Numbered from the stretch's first letter, positions 30,033 through 41,514 are shown. The stretch: DNA of 64,000 nt from Desulfomicrobium sp. (GCA_040768745.1 JAXGMI010000001.1:544001-608000), one strand, 5' to 3'. A program made the numbers and translations. The notes: generated by a model from the sequence alone, not told the origin.

Positions 30033-30642
30033 GGCTGTCCTTCCTGGCCGATTCCTCGACGCTGTTGTGCAACTGGACGATGAGGGCCTTGGTTCTGTCC
30101 ACCATTGGCAGGTATTCGAATTCCAGCAGGTCCGCGAGCAGGATCCAGTCCTGGTTCTCCTGAATCTCAATCAGTTCGGTGAACAACACGGACAGACCCT
30201 CCAGGGACGATGCGAACTCCGCCGGCGCGCTGACGCCGAATTCATTCCTGAGCACGCCGACCATGGCCAGAAAATCCCGGTGCACGTCCAGCAGGTCTGA
30301 GTAGAGTTCCAGGGCCTGGGCGTCGTCGGCCTGGCGGAAGAAATCGGCCACCTGCTGACCCGCCGCGGCCATCAGAGAGACGACCTTATGCAATTCGGCG
30401 ACAATGTTCCGGGCCATTTCCACGGCGGGCACGGACACGATTTCCACTCGGTTTATGTCGTGCGCTTCCACATCCTGGGCCTGATGGGGATACACCTCCG
30501 AAAACGCCTCGTCGTTGACGAAGACGTCGGTCACGATCCGGCTGCGCATGCGCTCGCCATCCAGGACTTCCTCAATGATCTGCTCTAGGTTTTGGAAATG
30601 TACGACTTCCAGGGGACTGGGTTGACCGTCGACAATGATCAT
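30025..30642 (-). CDS. Hypothetical acidic protein
   Basis: GGAG RBS before MIIVDG; ENQDWILLADLLEFE motif. Confidence 0.75.
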   Translation of the reverse strand: MIIVDGQPSPLEVVHFQNLEQIIEEVLDGERMRSRIVTDVFVNDEAFSEVYPHQAQDVEAHDINRVEIVSVPAVEMARNIVAELHKVVSLMAAAGQQVADFFRQADDAQALELYSDLLDVHRDFLAMVGVLRNEFGVSAPAEFASSLEGLSVLFTELIEIQENQDWILLADLLEFEYLPMVDRTKALIVQLHNSVEESARKDSHD

Positions 30643-30697
30643 ATTTTCGCCCTCCGCATGGGGATGAATTTGCCGTAGCACTCGGGATTATCAACAA

Positions 30698-32236
30698 TCA
30701 TGCCAAGCCAAGACACTGCTGAAAAACACGCAGCAGCTCGCTGTACCGTCCACACAAGCCCAGGAACATGGCCATGTCTCCGCCGTGATCCTGGGCTTGA
30801 TGATTCCACATGGGCCCCAGCGCCCCAAGGGCCGGACTGCCCGCAAAAAAATCCTGCACGTTCTGACAGTTGGCCAGGAATTTTTTTCGTACCGGTGCGC
30901 CCGGGTTCATGGTCAACAGGCGGCCCTGCTCCTGCACCAGGGCCAGCAGGAGCAGACCGCGCTGCAGGTCCTGCTTCAGCCGGCGTTTGAACTGGCCGCA
31001 CGGCCATGACTGCCCCACCATTTCCCCCACAGGCTTCTGGTCAAGGAATTGGCGGTAGACATCCCTCTGCACGCTCACCCATCGACTGCGATCCTCGGTT
31101 TCGTGTCCGGAAAGGGAGACGAGGCCCATGAACCCGTAGCCGTCTCGGCGACCCTGCCACACCCTCGCACCGAGTCCGGGGGGAACGGTCCAGTCTCCAG
31201 AACGCAGGAAGCCTTCCACAAACAGGCCCACCGCTTCGGGGTCCATGCGTCTCTGGCAGGCCATGCCGTTGGGGCAGACCTGCCCGAAGGAGCAGGGGTG
31301 ACAGGCCATATCCGGCTCCAGGCTGATGCTCCCCTCCAGGTAGGGCCCCGTGTCGAAGGGCTGGGCAGTAGCCAGAAAGACAGCCGCCACGGGTACGCCA
31401 AGTCCTGCAGCAAGGTGCATGGTGCCTGTGTCGTTGGTCAGCAGGAGCCGGGCGCGGAGGAGAACCGCTGCCAGGGTGGGAACGTCTGTTCGGCCGATCA
31501 GATCCCTGAACGGATACTGGGCCAGCCTGGCGAATTCCAGGCCCAGGTGGGCCTCCCCGGCACTGCCCACCAGAACCGGCGTGCACCCTGTTTTTTCCCA
31601 CACAACCCCGCCGGCCCGGGCAAAGGCCGCCACTGGCCAGCGCCGGGCGCCCTGACTGGCTCCCAATTGAAGCGCGACCAGCCCTGGGCCGTGCAAGCCT
31701 TCAAGCAAAGACCCGGCGCAGATTTGCGCTTCCCGATCCGGGGCTTTCAAGGCAAAAGGACCGGGGTCGAGACCGGCCACGCGCTGGAACACATCGACCA
31801 GATTGAACGGGCTGCAGCCCCGGTAGGCCGAAGCGGCCTGCAGAAAGACGGCCCAGGGGGAGGAATGCTGCCCGAAACCGAAGGCATCCAGTCCAAAACC
31901 GCCGTCCCCGTTCTGGCCCAGGACCCGCCCCAGAAGACGGGCGGGCAAGGTCGGGGTCAGGTTGAGGACCCGCGCTGGCATGGGATCCTGTGCCTGGACA
32001 GTCCAGGATGCGAAATCCGCCACGGCTGAGGGCCAGTGGGCATCCAGTCCGGCCAGAAAACGGGCCCCTGGCAGGGGAAAAATCCGGTCCACGTCACTGA
32101 GCAGGGATGCCGCGCCCTGGAATGCGTCCAGACAGACCAGATCCACCCGGGATCCACGGGCCCGGAGGCCGCTCAATGCGGGCTGGGTCTGCAGCAAATC
32201 GCCGAATCGAGTCAGATTGATGACTACGGTGCGCAT
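30698..32236 (-). CDS. Glycosyltransferase family 9 (heptosyltransferase-like) with C-terminal extension
   Basis: NLTRFGDLLQ, QLGAS..RRWP, TNDTGTMHLAAG, CHPC. Confidence 0.88.
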   Translation of the reverse strand: MRTVVINLTRFGDLLQTQPALSGLRARGSRVDLVCLDAFQGAASLLSDVDRIFPLPGARFLAGLDAHWPSAVADFASWTVQAQDPMPARVLNLTPTLPARLLGRVLGQNGDGGFGLDAFGFGQHSSPWAVFLQAASAYRGCSPFNLVDVFQRVAGLDPGPFALKAPDREAQICAGSLLEGLHGPGLVALQLGASQGARRWPVAAFARAGGVVWEKTGCTPVLVGSAGEAHLGLEFARLAQYPFRDLIGRTDVPTLAAVLLRARLLLTNDTGTMHLAAGLGVPVAAVFLATAQPFDTGPYLEGSISLEPDMACHPCSFGQVCPNGMACQRRMDPEAVGLFVEGFLRSGDWTVPPGLGARVWQGRRDGYGFMGLVSLSGHETEDRSRWVSVQRDVYRQFLDQKPVGEMVGQSWPCGQFKRRLKQDLQRGLLLLALVQEQGRLLTMNPGAPVRKKFLANCQNVQDFFAGSPALGALGPMWNHQAQDHGGDMAMFLGLCGRYSELLRVFQQCLGLA

Positions 32237-32247
32237 GCCGTGGCGCT

Positions 32248-32263
32248 AACAAAAGCCGTGCCA
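32248..32263 (-). promoter_or_regulatory. sigma-54-like promoter of the GT9 operon
   Basis: Minus strand reads TGGCACGGCTTTTGTT: perfect -24 box, TTGT variant at -12. Confidence 0.55.
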
Positions 32264-32406
32264 GGACGCAGTCATGCCCAATGCATCTGGGGGACGTCGC
32301 CTCGGGCCCGCACATCCGTGACCCGGGAAAACGCCTCCTTGACGGGGTGGGAGGCATCTCCTAGTCACACTCCCAGGGAGAACAAACACCATACAAGGAA
32401 TCGTTC

Positions 32407-33274
32407 ATGTTTGCAGATTTTTTCCGTCCTGACCGGCTGGCCCTGGTGCACCGGCTTGTGGACCTGGCCCTGGACGAGGATGGCCGGGACCTGACCTCTG
32501 AGGCCCTCTTCGAGAGGACATCCATTCTGCACGCGTCCATCGTGGCCAAGGAGGACTCCCTGGTCGTCGGACTGCCCCTGATCGCCATCATCCTGGAACG
32601 CATGCACTGCTCCGAACACCGCATAACCCTGCTGGCCGCCGACGGGCAGGATGTCGTGCGCGGTCAGGAGGTGGCCCGCATCAGCGGCCCGGCCCCGGTC
32701 CTGCTCAAGGCCGAGCGGGTGGTCATGAATTTCATCTGTCGCCTGTCAGGCGTGTCCAACGCCACCAGACGCTTCGTCCAGGCCGTGCAGGGAACGTCGG
32801 TGCGTGTGCTGGACACCCGCAAGACTACCCCGGGGCACCGCTACCTGGAGAAATACGCCGTGCGCATGGGCGGTGGGCACAACCACCGCGCCAACTTGGA
32901 AGAAATGCTCATGCTCAAGGACAACCATATCGATCAGGCCGGCTCCATCACCGCGGCCGTACAACGCCTTGGCCAAGCCTATGCCGTCTGCCCGCCCCTG
33001 GAAATCGAATGCCGGACGTTGGATCATGTCCGTGAAGCCGTGGGTCTCAATCCCCAGCGCATCATGCTCGACAACATGCCCCCCCAGCTTGCGGCCGAGG
33101 CCCTGCGGCTCATCCCCGGGCACATCGAGTCCGAGATCAGCGGCAACGTGACCCTGGCCACAATCCGCGGCCTGGCCGAACTCAGGCCGACCTTCATTTC
33201 TTCAGGCGCCATCACCCATTCCGCCATTGTCGCGGATTTCTCCATGCGCCTGGCCCCGGCACAAGGGAGGGAGC

Positions 33275-33282
<8 letters not shown>
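32407..33282 (+). CDS. nadC: Quinolinate phosphoribosyltransferase
   Basis: DTRKTTPG, NHR, LKDNH, IMLDNM, SGAITHS. Confidence 0.95.
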
Positions 33283-34288
<1,006 letters not shown>

Positions 34289-34297
34289 GAGAATCAC

Positions 34298-35881
34298 ATG
34301 ACCGCCACACGCATCAAAACCGAAATCCTGATCATCGGCTCCGGCATTGCCGGCTGCACCGCGGCTCTCGGCCTGGCAGACAAGGGGCACGAGGTGACCC
34401 TGCTCTCCTCGGGCATGACCCTGGACAACGGGAACACCGCCTTGGCCCAGGGGGGGATCATCTACAAAGGCACGGACGACAGTCCGGAGCAGCTCGCCCG
34501 GGACATCTTCACCGCGGGATGGAACTACAACTACGAATCGGCCGTGCGCCACCTCTGCGAAGAGGGTCCAAAGGCCGTGGAGGAAATCCTCTTCGAGCGC
34601 GTGCATGTGCCCTTCGACCATACAGAGCATGGGGAACTGTACCGGACCAAGGAGGGCGGCCACGGCCTGCACCGGATTCTGACCTGCGCAGACTACACGG
34701 GCCGGGCCATCCAGGACTGCCTGACCAAGGCCGTGGAGTCCCATCCCAATATCCGCATCCTGCGCAGCTGCACGGCCATCGATCTCCTGGCCACACGCCA
34801 TCATTCCACCCAGATCGAATTCCGGTACCAGCTCGTGAACCAGTGCGTCGGGGCCTACGTGTTCAACGCGGAAACGGATGAACCCAACACGATTTTGGCC
34901 GATTACACGGTGCTTTGCACCGGCGGGCTGGGGCAGATATTCCTGCACACCACCAACTCCTCGTCCTCCATTGGGTCAGGAATGGCCATGGCCTACCGCG
35001 CCGGCGTGACCTTGATGAATCTGGAGTACATCCAGTTCCATCCCACTGCCCTTTTCCACCGCTCGGACCGCAAATTCCTCATTTCCGAGGCCGTACGCGG
35101 CGAGGGCGCCCGCCTGTTCAACATCAAGGGCGAACGCTTCATGGCCCGCTACGATGAGCGCATGGAACTCGCGCCCCGGGATATCGTGGCCCGGGCCATT
35201 GTCGATGAAATGCTGAAGACCGGCGAGGACTGCGTCTTTCTGGACGCGGCCAACTACGTGGACAAGAACCTGCGCAAGAGATTCCCGACCATCTACAAGA
35301 AGTGCAAAGAGAACGGGGTGGACATAACCAGGGAGCCCATTCCGGTCGTTCCGGCCGCCCACTATTTTTGCGGCGGAGTCCTGGTCGACAACCGCGGAAG
35401 GACGACCATGGACAGGCTCTACGCGGCCGGGGAGATTGCCTGCACCGGACTGCATGGGGCCAACCGGCTGGCCTCGTCCTCCCTGCTGGAAGGACTGCTC
35501 TGGGGCATGGGCACGGCCAAGGACATCCACCAATGCTACGACGAAGGGCAACGCCTGGACCAGCGTCTGCAGGACTCCATCCCCGACTGGGTCACCTCCG
35601 GCAAGACCGAAATGGAGGACCCCGCCCTCATCAACCAGGACTGGGCCACCATCCGCAGCACCATGTGGAACTACATGGGTATCGTGCGCACCACGTCTCG
35701 TCTGGAACGGGCCTTCGAGGACCTGCGCAACCTGAACAAACGGCTGCACTCCTTCTACAAGTCAATCCGCATCTGCAAGGAATCCGTGGACCTCTTTCAT
35801 GGATGTCAGACCGCCTATATTGTGACCACGGCGGCCCTGCGCAACAAGAACAGCCGCGGCTGCCATTTCCGGAAGGACTAG
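34298..35881 (+). CDS. nadB: L-aspartate oxidase
   Basis: IIGSGIAG, AQGGI, EGGH, QFHPT, SEAVRGEG, HGANRLASSSLLE. Confidence 0.95.
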   Translation: MTATRIKTEILIIGSGIAGCTAALGLADKGHEVTLLSSGMTLDNGNTALAQGGIIYKGTDDSPEQLARDIFTAGWNYNYESAVRHLCEEGPKAVEEILFERVHVPFDHTEHGELYRTKEGGHGLHRILTCADYTGRAIQDCLTKAVESHPNIRILRSCTAIDLLATRHHSTQIEFRYQLVNQCVGAYVFNAETDEPNTILADYTVLCTGGLGQIFLHTTNSSSSIGSGMAMAYRAGVTLMNLEYIQFHPTALFHRSDRKFLISEAVRGEGARLFNIKGERFMARYDERMELAPRDIVARAIVDEMLKTGEDCVFLDAANYVDKNLRKRFPTIYKKCKENGVDITREPIPVVPAAHYFCGGVLVDNRGRTTMDRLYAAGEIACTGLHGANRLASSSLLEGLLWGMGTAKDIHQCYDEGQRLDQRLQDSIPDWVTSGKTEMEDPALINQDWATIRSTMWNYMGIVRTTSRLERAFEDLRNLNKRLHSFYKSIRICKESVDLFHGCQTAYIVTTAALRNKNSRGCHFRKD

Positions 35882-37578
35882 GCTGGGCTGGACAGGGAGC
35901 TGGTCAACAGGTTCCTGAACCGGGCCAGCCCCTGCTCCGCCCTGAACGTTCCCAGAACCTCCACGCCCGTGGTCTGGATCCAGGCCACCAGGACGCCCAG
36001 GCTGACCAGGTTGCGCTGCAGCAAAACATCCTTCTCCCCCACCCGCAACGCCTCCAGGTAATCCCCGCACGAAGACACTGCGAAGCCCTCTCCCTCCAGC
36101 ACGAGGCGCATGATCTCGAGCCGGCGCGCCCGCGCGGCCTTGTCCCCATTCCCGCCCTTGAAGCGGAAGTGGACGTATTTTTCGACCCCATCCTCGCACC
36201 GGCACTCGGCCACATAGAGGTTCTGGCCCAGGCGCAGGGTGCAGTGCATGAAAAACTGGGACAGCACGGCATAACTGCTGGAATGGGGCATGTCCCCTTC
36301 TTCGTCCCGCCTGGCCCCTGCCCAGAGGATGTCCGGGCAGGTCAGCCCCAGCAGCAGGGACCAGGCCGGAATGGAACGCACATCCTCCACGGTGATGACA
36401 CTGCGCTCCGCTGCCGAGGGGAAGAGCCCGCCCCCGAGGTTGAAGGTGTTGATGACCACGGGGATCTCCAGACGCATCTGCTTGATCCCGGCCAGACCCC
36501 GGGCCGGAAGGCCGGCAAAGGCGAAAATCTGGGACAGGCCCCGTTCCAGGCACAGACACACAAGGTCGTGCAGGGAACGGCAGTGCTTCTGACTCAGGAT
36601 CAGCCCCTGGGCCTGGAAGACGTGCAGCTGGGTCACCCGGGGCAGGACCTGCTCCAGGCGCCGTACAAGGGCCGTGGCATCGGGGATGCACGGCAACGGC
36701 GAGGCCGGCAGCGGCTCCACCTGCCCTGCGGGGGTGGCCACCACGGCGAACAGCTCTTCGCCGTCGGCCATGCCCAGGGACAGTCGACCGCACAGAGCCG
36801 GGATGGAGAATTTGCAGGCGGCCGCTTTCTTCCAGGCGTCGACAACCCCCAGGGGCCGGACCGCTTGCTGCTGGCCGATGAGGCGCCAGGTGCTCCCGGA
36901 ACCCGTGAATGCCCACAGGTCCAGGAGCCCTCCCTTGGGGGCCAGTTCCACGGCCGCGATCTCCAGCTCGTCCTCCAGGAGCTGCGGCAGCCGGCCGGCC
37001 TGGATCAATTCCCCGGCCTGCCGGACTGGGCCTTTGGCATCGGGGCATAACCCCAGATCCAGCTCGCGCAGCACGGCATCGAGCTGCGGACGCAGGTCAT
37101 TGGCCTCCACGAAATACGCGTAGAGCGCAGGCATGACGGCCAGGGCCGGAGAGCGTCCCCCGGGAGCCACCAGATGGTCCGGCACCCACTTCAATGCCGC
37201 AGGCCCCTTCAGCAGGGAGAAGGGCACCAGATACGGGGGGGCGGCCGGAACATCCGTCTGGTCCGTGGCCAGGCGGGCATAAAACCCGAGCTTGGCGGAC
37301 CATTCGTGCACGTCCATGAACTCCACCGGGTTCATGATCCGGAGTTGCTCCACGAGGTTGGCAATGACCCCGATCAGCCTGGCCACCAGGTCTGTGACCC
37401 GGCACCAGTCCACCACCGAGCGGCCACCGGCCAGTTCCTCCACCTGGGCGAGCAGTTCGAGGCTCTGGCCCGTCTGGCGCTGCATGGCACTGAAGGCGTT
37501 GTATTTCCGGCGCGGGATGGATCCAGGCGCGAACGACTCGAAGGTCCAGTGGGAAAAAAGCTCGAATTCGCGCATCAT
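35878..37578 (-). CDS. Degenerate PEP-synthase / pyruvate-water dikinase-like protein
   Basis: Segments resembling PEP/pyruvate-binding proteins (CRSLHD, FRFKGG..RARR), but no VRSS..ED..FAGQ motif and no phospho-His domain. Confidence 0.6.
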   Translation of the reverse strand: MMREFELFSHWTFESFAPGSIPRRKYNAFSAMQRQTGQSLELLAQVEELAGGRSVVDWCRVTDLVARLIGVIANLVEQLRIMNPVEFMDVHEWSAKLGFYARLATDQTDVPAAPPYLVPFSLLKGPAALKWVPDHLVAPGGRSPALAVMPALYAYFVEANDLRPQLDAVLRELDLGLCPDAKGPVRQAGELIQAGRLPQLLEDELEIAAVELAPKGGLLDLWAFTGSGSTWRLIGQQQAVRPLGVVDAWKKAAACKFSIPALCGRLSLGMADGEELFAVVATPAGQVEPLPASPLPCIPDATALVRRLEQVLPRVTQLHVFQAQGLILSQKHCRSLHDLVCLCLERGLSQIFAFAGLPARGLAGIKQMRLEIPVVINTFNLGGGLFPSAAERSVITVEDVRSIPAWSLLLGLTCPDILWAGARRDEEGDMPHSSSYAVLSQFFMHCTLRLGQNLYVAECRCEDGVEKYVHFRFKGGNGDKAARARRLEIMRLVLEGEGFAVSSCGDYLEALRVGEKDVLLQRNLVSLGVLVAWIQTTGVEVLGTFRAEQGLARFRNLLTSSLSSPA

Positions 37579-37672
37579 GGCATGCCCCCCTCCGAAGCCG
37601 GCCCAAACCTGCGCGGGGGCGATATTTTCGGGTTTTCCCCGGCTGTCGTGGCCCGACGCCGACGCGATACCG

Positions 37673-38332
37673 TCATGGCTGGCCCTTGTCTTCGGTGGTG
37701 TCCGGGGGCGGAGCATCCTGTGTCGACTCTGACGCATCCTGGTCCGGCGAAGGTTTGAGCAGGTCCACGAAGGGGACCATTTCCGTGCCGTCGCCATGTC
37801 TGGTCCAGGCCAGGATGCGCTGGTAGAACGGGAAGCAGCGCATGGCCTTGCCGTAGAGAATACGCGCGGCGATATATACGGGAATGAAAAAGAACGGATA
37901 CGCCACACTCTGGCCCACGCCGGGGAGCGAGAACGGAAGGGCCAGGGGGATTCCCCCGAAACGCAGCTCCATCCAGGCCATGGCGAAGGGCACGGGCCAG
38001 ATGGACAGGGTGAACGCCCCGGCCTGGCTGAAAAAATACTTCCCGAAGGCCTCGTGGGCCTGCTTGTTGACCGCCTTGTACGCCTCCTTGTCGGCGTGGC
38101 GCAGGGCCCGCACCGAAAGGTTGTGGTGGCGGACCATCTCGTCGCGATACCGGCCGTAGAGATTGCGGTTCAGCCTGCGGGCCAGCTGCGAGGTGACATC
38201 ACCCATGATCACGCAGATCAGATTGAGGACAGAGATCCCGAGGAAAAAGCCGACCCACGGGTCGTCCACCAGGCGGAAGGCCCAGATGATGAAGGGATCC
38301 AGGGCCAGGATGAAATTGCGGAGGATATCCAT
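37673..38332 (-). CDS. Hypothetical membrane protein
   Basis: About three hydrophobic segments plus a charged helical insert (DKEAYKAVNKQAHEAFGKYFF). Confidence 0.75.
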   Translation of the reverse strand: MDILRNFILALDPFIIWAFRLVDDPWVGFFLGISVLNLICVIMGDVTSQLARRLNRNLYGRYRDEMVRHHNLSVRALRHADKEAYKAVNKQAHEAFGKYFFSQAGAFTLSIWPVPFAMAWMELRFGGIPLALPFSLPGVGQSVAYPFFFIPVYIAARILYGKAMRCFPFYQRILAWTRHGDGTEMVPFVDLLKPSPDQDASESTQDAPPPDTTEDKGQP

Positions 38333-38521
38333 ACCGTTATAAATCCTTGCAGAAGATCTGCCGCGGGGCGTTACGCGGCCCACGGAACAGGCCGGCTCAG
38401 ACCGTTTTCGAGGCACTTTGGGTTCGGGGACTGTGCCCGGTAGTGCGTGCCCACCGGTCGTCCATGGCCTCTCCCGTCCCCCTATCCCAGTCTGCCGGTC
38501 TTGAGCAATTCCGGAGAGGGC

Positions 38522-38552
38522 AAAAAAAAGGCCCCGGCGCGAACCGGGGCCT
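38522..38552 (-). terminator. Rho-independent terminator of the TauE-like gene
   Basis: Minus strand reads AAGGCCCCGG..CCGGGGCCTT followed by a T-run. Confidence 0.8.
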
Positions 38553-38581
38553 TGTCCAGAACCCTCTGCCAGCCAGTGCGG

Positions 38582-40048
38582 CTAGCCGAACATGCGGATA
38601 TCGAAGAAGCCCCGCAGGACGTAATCGATGCCCACGTAGAAGGCCAGTACGATGAAGAGGCGCTTCAGCCAGGTATCCGAGAAGTACTTGGACGTGTATG
38701 GGCCGACGATGGAGCCGATGGCCACACCGACCATCTCCGTGCCGATCAGGGCCCAGTCTATGGTCGTGCCCTTGGTCATCAGGGTCAGGATGCTGGTGAT
38801 CATGCTGATCAGAACGGCCAGGGCGGAGGTGCCGGCAGCCAGGTACATGGGCAGCTGCGAAATGGCGGTCAGGAAGGGGACCAGCAGGAAGCCGCCGCCG
38901 ACGCCCAGGAAGGCGGCCACAGCGGAGATGACCACGCCGCCGATGATGGGCAGCAGGGGGTTGAAGCTGAACTGGACTCCGCAGAAGGTGAAGTCAACCT
39001 TGCCGAGGCTCATGCCAAGGATCTTCACGCCTGTCGGGGCCGGAGCTCCGCCGGTCTTCTGGGCCTTGACCGCAGCCTCGAATGCCTTGGCAGCTTCCTT
39101 GGCCTTGCTTTTCTTGGCCTGGCCCGCCGCCGAGGTGTCCCAGAACAGGAAGCAGCCCAATCCCAGGACGAAAAGTCCGAACCAGCCCTGGTACTGGGAG
39201 AAGGACACCTTGCCGGCCGTCAGAGTGGCCGAACCCCAGGCGCCCAGCAGGGAGCCCAGACCCAGGGCCAGGGCCAGGGGTAATACCAGGCGGCCCATCT
39301 TGCCGTAGTTGATGGAGGTGATCAATGCGGACAGACCGACCAGGAACTGGTTGGAGGCGCGGATGGAGTCCGTCACGTTCTTGTTCAGCTCAGGGGCGGT
39401 GGTCTTGAAGGTCTTGGCATACGCACCCAGGCCGAAAACCGTCATGTGGCCGACACCAGCCATGACGCCGCCGAAAGCGCCGACAGTGGAGAAAATCCAG
39501 CCTACCCAGATGGCCCAGATCAGGGCCAGGATGATGTTGACCTGCGGTGCTCCAGCAATGCCGAGAAAGCCCGCGGGCTTGGAGGGATCGATCTGGCCCT
39601 TTTCCGTGCCCACCGGGGCCTTGGCAATGGCCTGCTGCAGTTTGCTGCCGGTAGCCGCTGCCTTGGGGGCCTGGGCGGCAGGGGCAACGGCGTCAGAAGC
39701 CTTCTGGGCCGCTGCGGAGGCTGCTTCGGACGCCTTTTCCGCCGCAGGCTTGACCGCCTCGGTGGTCTTTTCCACGGCAGTGGAGGCTGCCTCGGAAGCC
39801 TTTTCCGCCGCAGGCTTGACCGCCTCGGTGGTCTTTTCCACGGCAGTGGACACCGCCTCGGAAGCCTTTTCCACCGCAGGCTTGACCGCCTCGGTGGTCT
39901 TTTCCACGGCAGTGGACACCGCCTCGGAAGCCTTTTCCACCGCAGCGGCGGCGGGTGCGGAAGCGTTGTCCTGGGCCCACACGGGCATCACTGCGCTGGC
40001 CAGCAGAAGAAGAATTGTTGCAACGGCAAGGTGCAAACGTTTTGACAT
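38582..40048 (-). CDS. TauE/SafE-family permease with signal peptide and N-terminal repeats
   Basis: STVGAFGG, LGVGGGFLLVP, AAGTS; multiple TM segments; GGAGGG RBS. Confidence 0.85.
   Translation of the reverse strand: MSKRLHLAVATILLLLASAVMPVWAQDNASAPAAAAVEKASEAVSTAVEKTTEAVKPAVEKASEAVSTAVEKTTEAVKPAAEKASEAASTAVEKTTEAVKPAAEKASEAASAAAQKASDAVAPAAQAPKAAATGSKLQQAIAKAPVGTEKGQIDPSKPAGFLGIAGAPQVNIILALIWAIWVGWIFSTVGAFGGVMAGVGHMTVFGLGAYAKTFKTTAPELNKNVTDSIRASNQFLVGLSALITSINYGKMGRLVLPLALALGLGSLLGAWGSATLTAGKVSFSQYQGWFGLFVLGLGCFLFWDTSAAGQAKKSKAKEAAKAFEAAVKAQKTGGAPAPTGVKILGMSLGKVDFTFCGVQFSFNPLLPIIGGVVISAVAAFLGVGGGFLLVPFLTAISQLPMYLAAGTSALAVLISMITSILTLMTKGTTIDWALIGTEMVGVAIGSIVGPYTSKYFSDTWLKRLFIVLAFYVGIDYVLRGFFDIRMFG
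39723..39945. repeat. In-frame 66-bp tandem repeat (about 3.4 copies, with 33-bp sub-periodicity)
   Basis: Units start at 39723, 39789, 39855 and 39921 and encode AVEKASEAVSTAVEKTTEAVKP. Confidence 0.92.
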
Positions 40049-40332
40049 AAACCCTCCCTTTCGTACCCGGTTGAAAATAAACATTTTTTTAAATTCAGGT
40101 CATGTATCCCCGGGCGGATCCGGCCTGTTGCGCCCGGAGGAATGGCGGCTGATAGCATTTTTCAGAACAAAAAGGCAAACCATGAATGAGGGAGCGGTGG
40201 TTTGATCTTTTCGTCACGTTTTTCACCAGGCAAACCCCAGTTTCCGGCGTGAGGGGGAAGGAATTGCGTTCAAAATTTCACAAGAGAGGCCGTGGACATG
40301 CCCGCCAGGGCCGGAACACAGGAAGGTCCTGA

Positions 40333-41514
40333 TCAGCAGGCCCGGTCCGGATCGGCGCCTCCGCACAGGGCCAGGGCGGTCAGGGCGGCAACGCCGTAGG
40401 GGAAACACCCCTCGTCAGGGTTGAAGCAGGCGTTGTGCAGACCGCCCGAACCGTCCGGCCCCTGCAGGCCACAGCCCAGGAAGAAGAAACAGCCGGGTCT
40501 GAACTGCAGATAGTAGGAAAAGTCCTCCCCGGCCATGGTTGGGAGAATGTGGCTGTCTATCTCCATGCCCGCCCCGCGCACGGCCTGCACCAGGCTCTGC
40601 ACGCTTCCGGCATGGTTCACCAAAACCGGGAACCCCTGCACATACTCCAGGCTGGCCGCTGTCCCTGTTGAACTGCTCACCGCATCGGTCAGACGCGCCA
40701 TTTCTCCGCGCACCAGCGCGCCCACGTCGTCCGCAAGGGTGCGGACCGTGCCCTGCAGGAAAACCGTCTCCGGAATGATATTGTAGGCCGTGCCGGCGTG
40801 GAACCTGGTCACACTGAGCACCGCCGGTTCCAGGGGCGAAACGCGACGCGAAACGATGGACTGCAGCTCACAGACCAGGCGGCTCGCCGCAAGGACGGGA
40901 TCCACGCAGAGGTGCGGAGCCGAGGCGTGCCCACCCTTGCCGGTCAGGATGATGGTGAAGACGTCCGGCCGGGCCATGAGCGCCCCGGTGCGGGTCCCGA
41001 TCCAACCCACCGGCTTTCCCGGCCAAAGATGCAGGCCGAAAATTTCATCCACCCTGTCGAGGCAGCCAGCCTCTATCATGGCCTGCGCTCCACCGGGGTG
41101 GTTTTCCTCGTTGGGCTGGAACAGGAAACGCACATCCCCCCGCAGCCGGCTTTTCCGGGCGGCCAGCAGGCGGGCCGCACCGAGAAGCATGGCCACATGG
41201 GCGTCGTGACCGCACATGTGGCCATGGCCGGGGATCTCGGAGGCAAAATCGAGCCCGGTTTCCTCCTGCATGGGCAGGGCGTCCATGTCTGCCCGCAGGG
41301 CGATGCGGGCCCCCCGCCCCCCCCTCAGATCGGCCACGATGCCGCCGCCCACGTCCTCGCGAACCAGCAGCGGCAGGTTCCGCAGTTCCCGCAGGATCAG
41401 TGCCCTGGTCCGGGGCAGGTCTGTCCCGGTTTCCGGGAACCGGTGCAGCTCCCTGCGGATGGCCCGCACGTATTCCAGATCCGCCTGGCATTGGGCCAGC
41501 AGTCCCGTGGTCAT
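40333..41514 (-). CDS. M20D amidohydrolase (hippurate/aminoacylase-like)
   Basis: RRELHRFPE, RADMDALP, HMCGHDAH, FQPNEE, GGHASAPH, GEDF, LHN. Confidence 0.92.
   Translation of the reverse strand: MTTGLLAQCQADLEYVRAIRRELHRFPETGTDLPRTRALILRELRNLPLLVREDVGGGIVADLRGGRGARIALRADMDALPMQEETGLDFASEIPGHGHMCGHDAHVAMLLGAARLLAARKSRLRGDVRFLFQPNEENHPGGAQAMIEAGCLDRVDEIFGLHLWPGKPVGWIGTRTGALMARPDVFTIILTGKGGHASAPHLCVDPVLAASRLVCELQSIVSRRVSPLEPAVLSVTRFHAGTAYNIIPETVFLQGTVRTLADDVGALVRGEMARLTDAVSSSTGTAASLEYVQGFPVLVNHAGSVQSLVQAVRGAGMEIDSHILPTMAGEDFSYYLQFRPGCFFFLGCGLQGPDGSGGLHNACFNPDEGCFPYGVAALTALALCGGADPDRAC

Noticed and set aside
39723..39945. CRISPR-like repeat array
   Set aside because: Contiguous in-frame coding repeats with no unique spacers; no cas genes in the window.
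40205..40285. Rex-like TTGTGA..TCACAA operator upstream of the TauE gene
   Set aside because: Only half-sites match, with too many mismatches to support a call.
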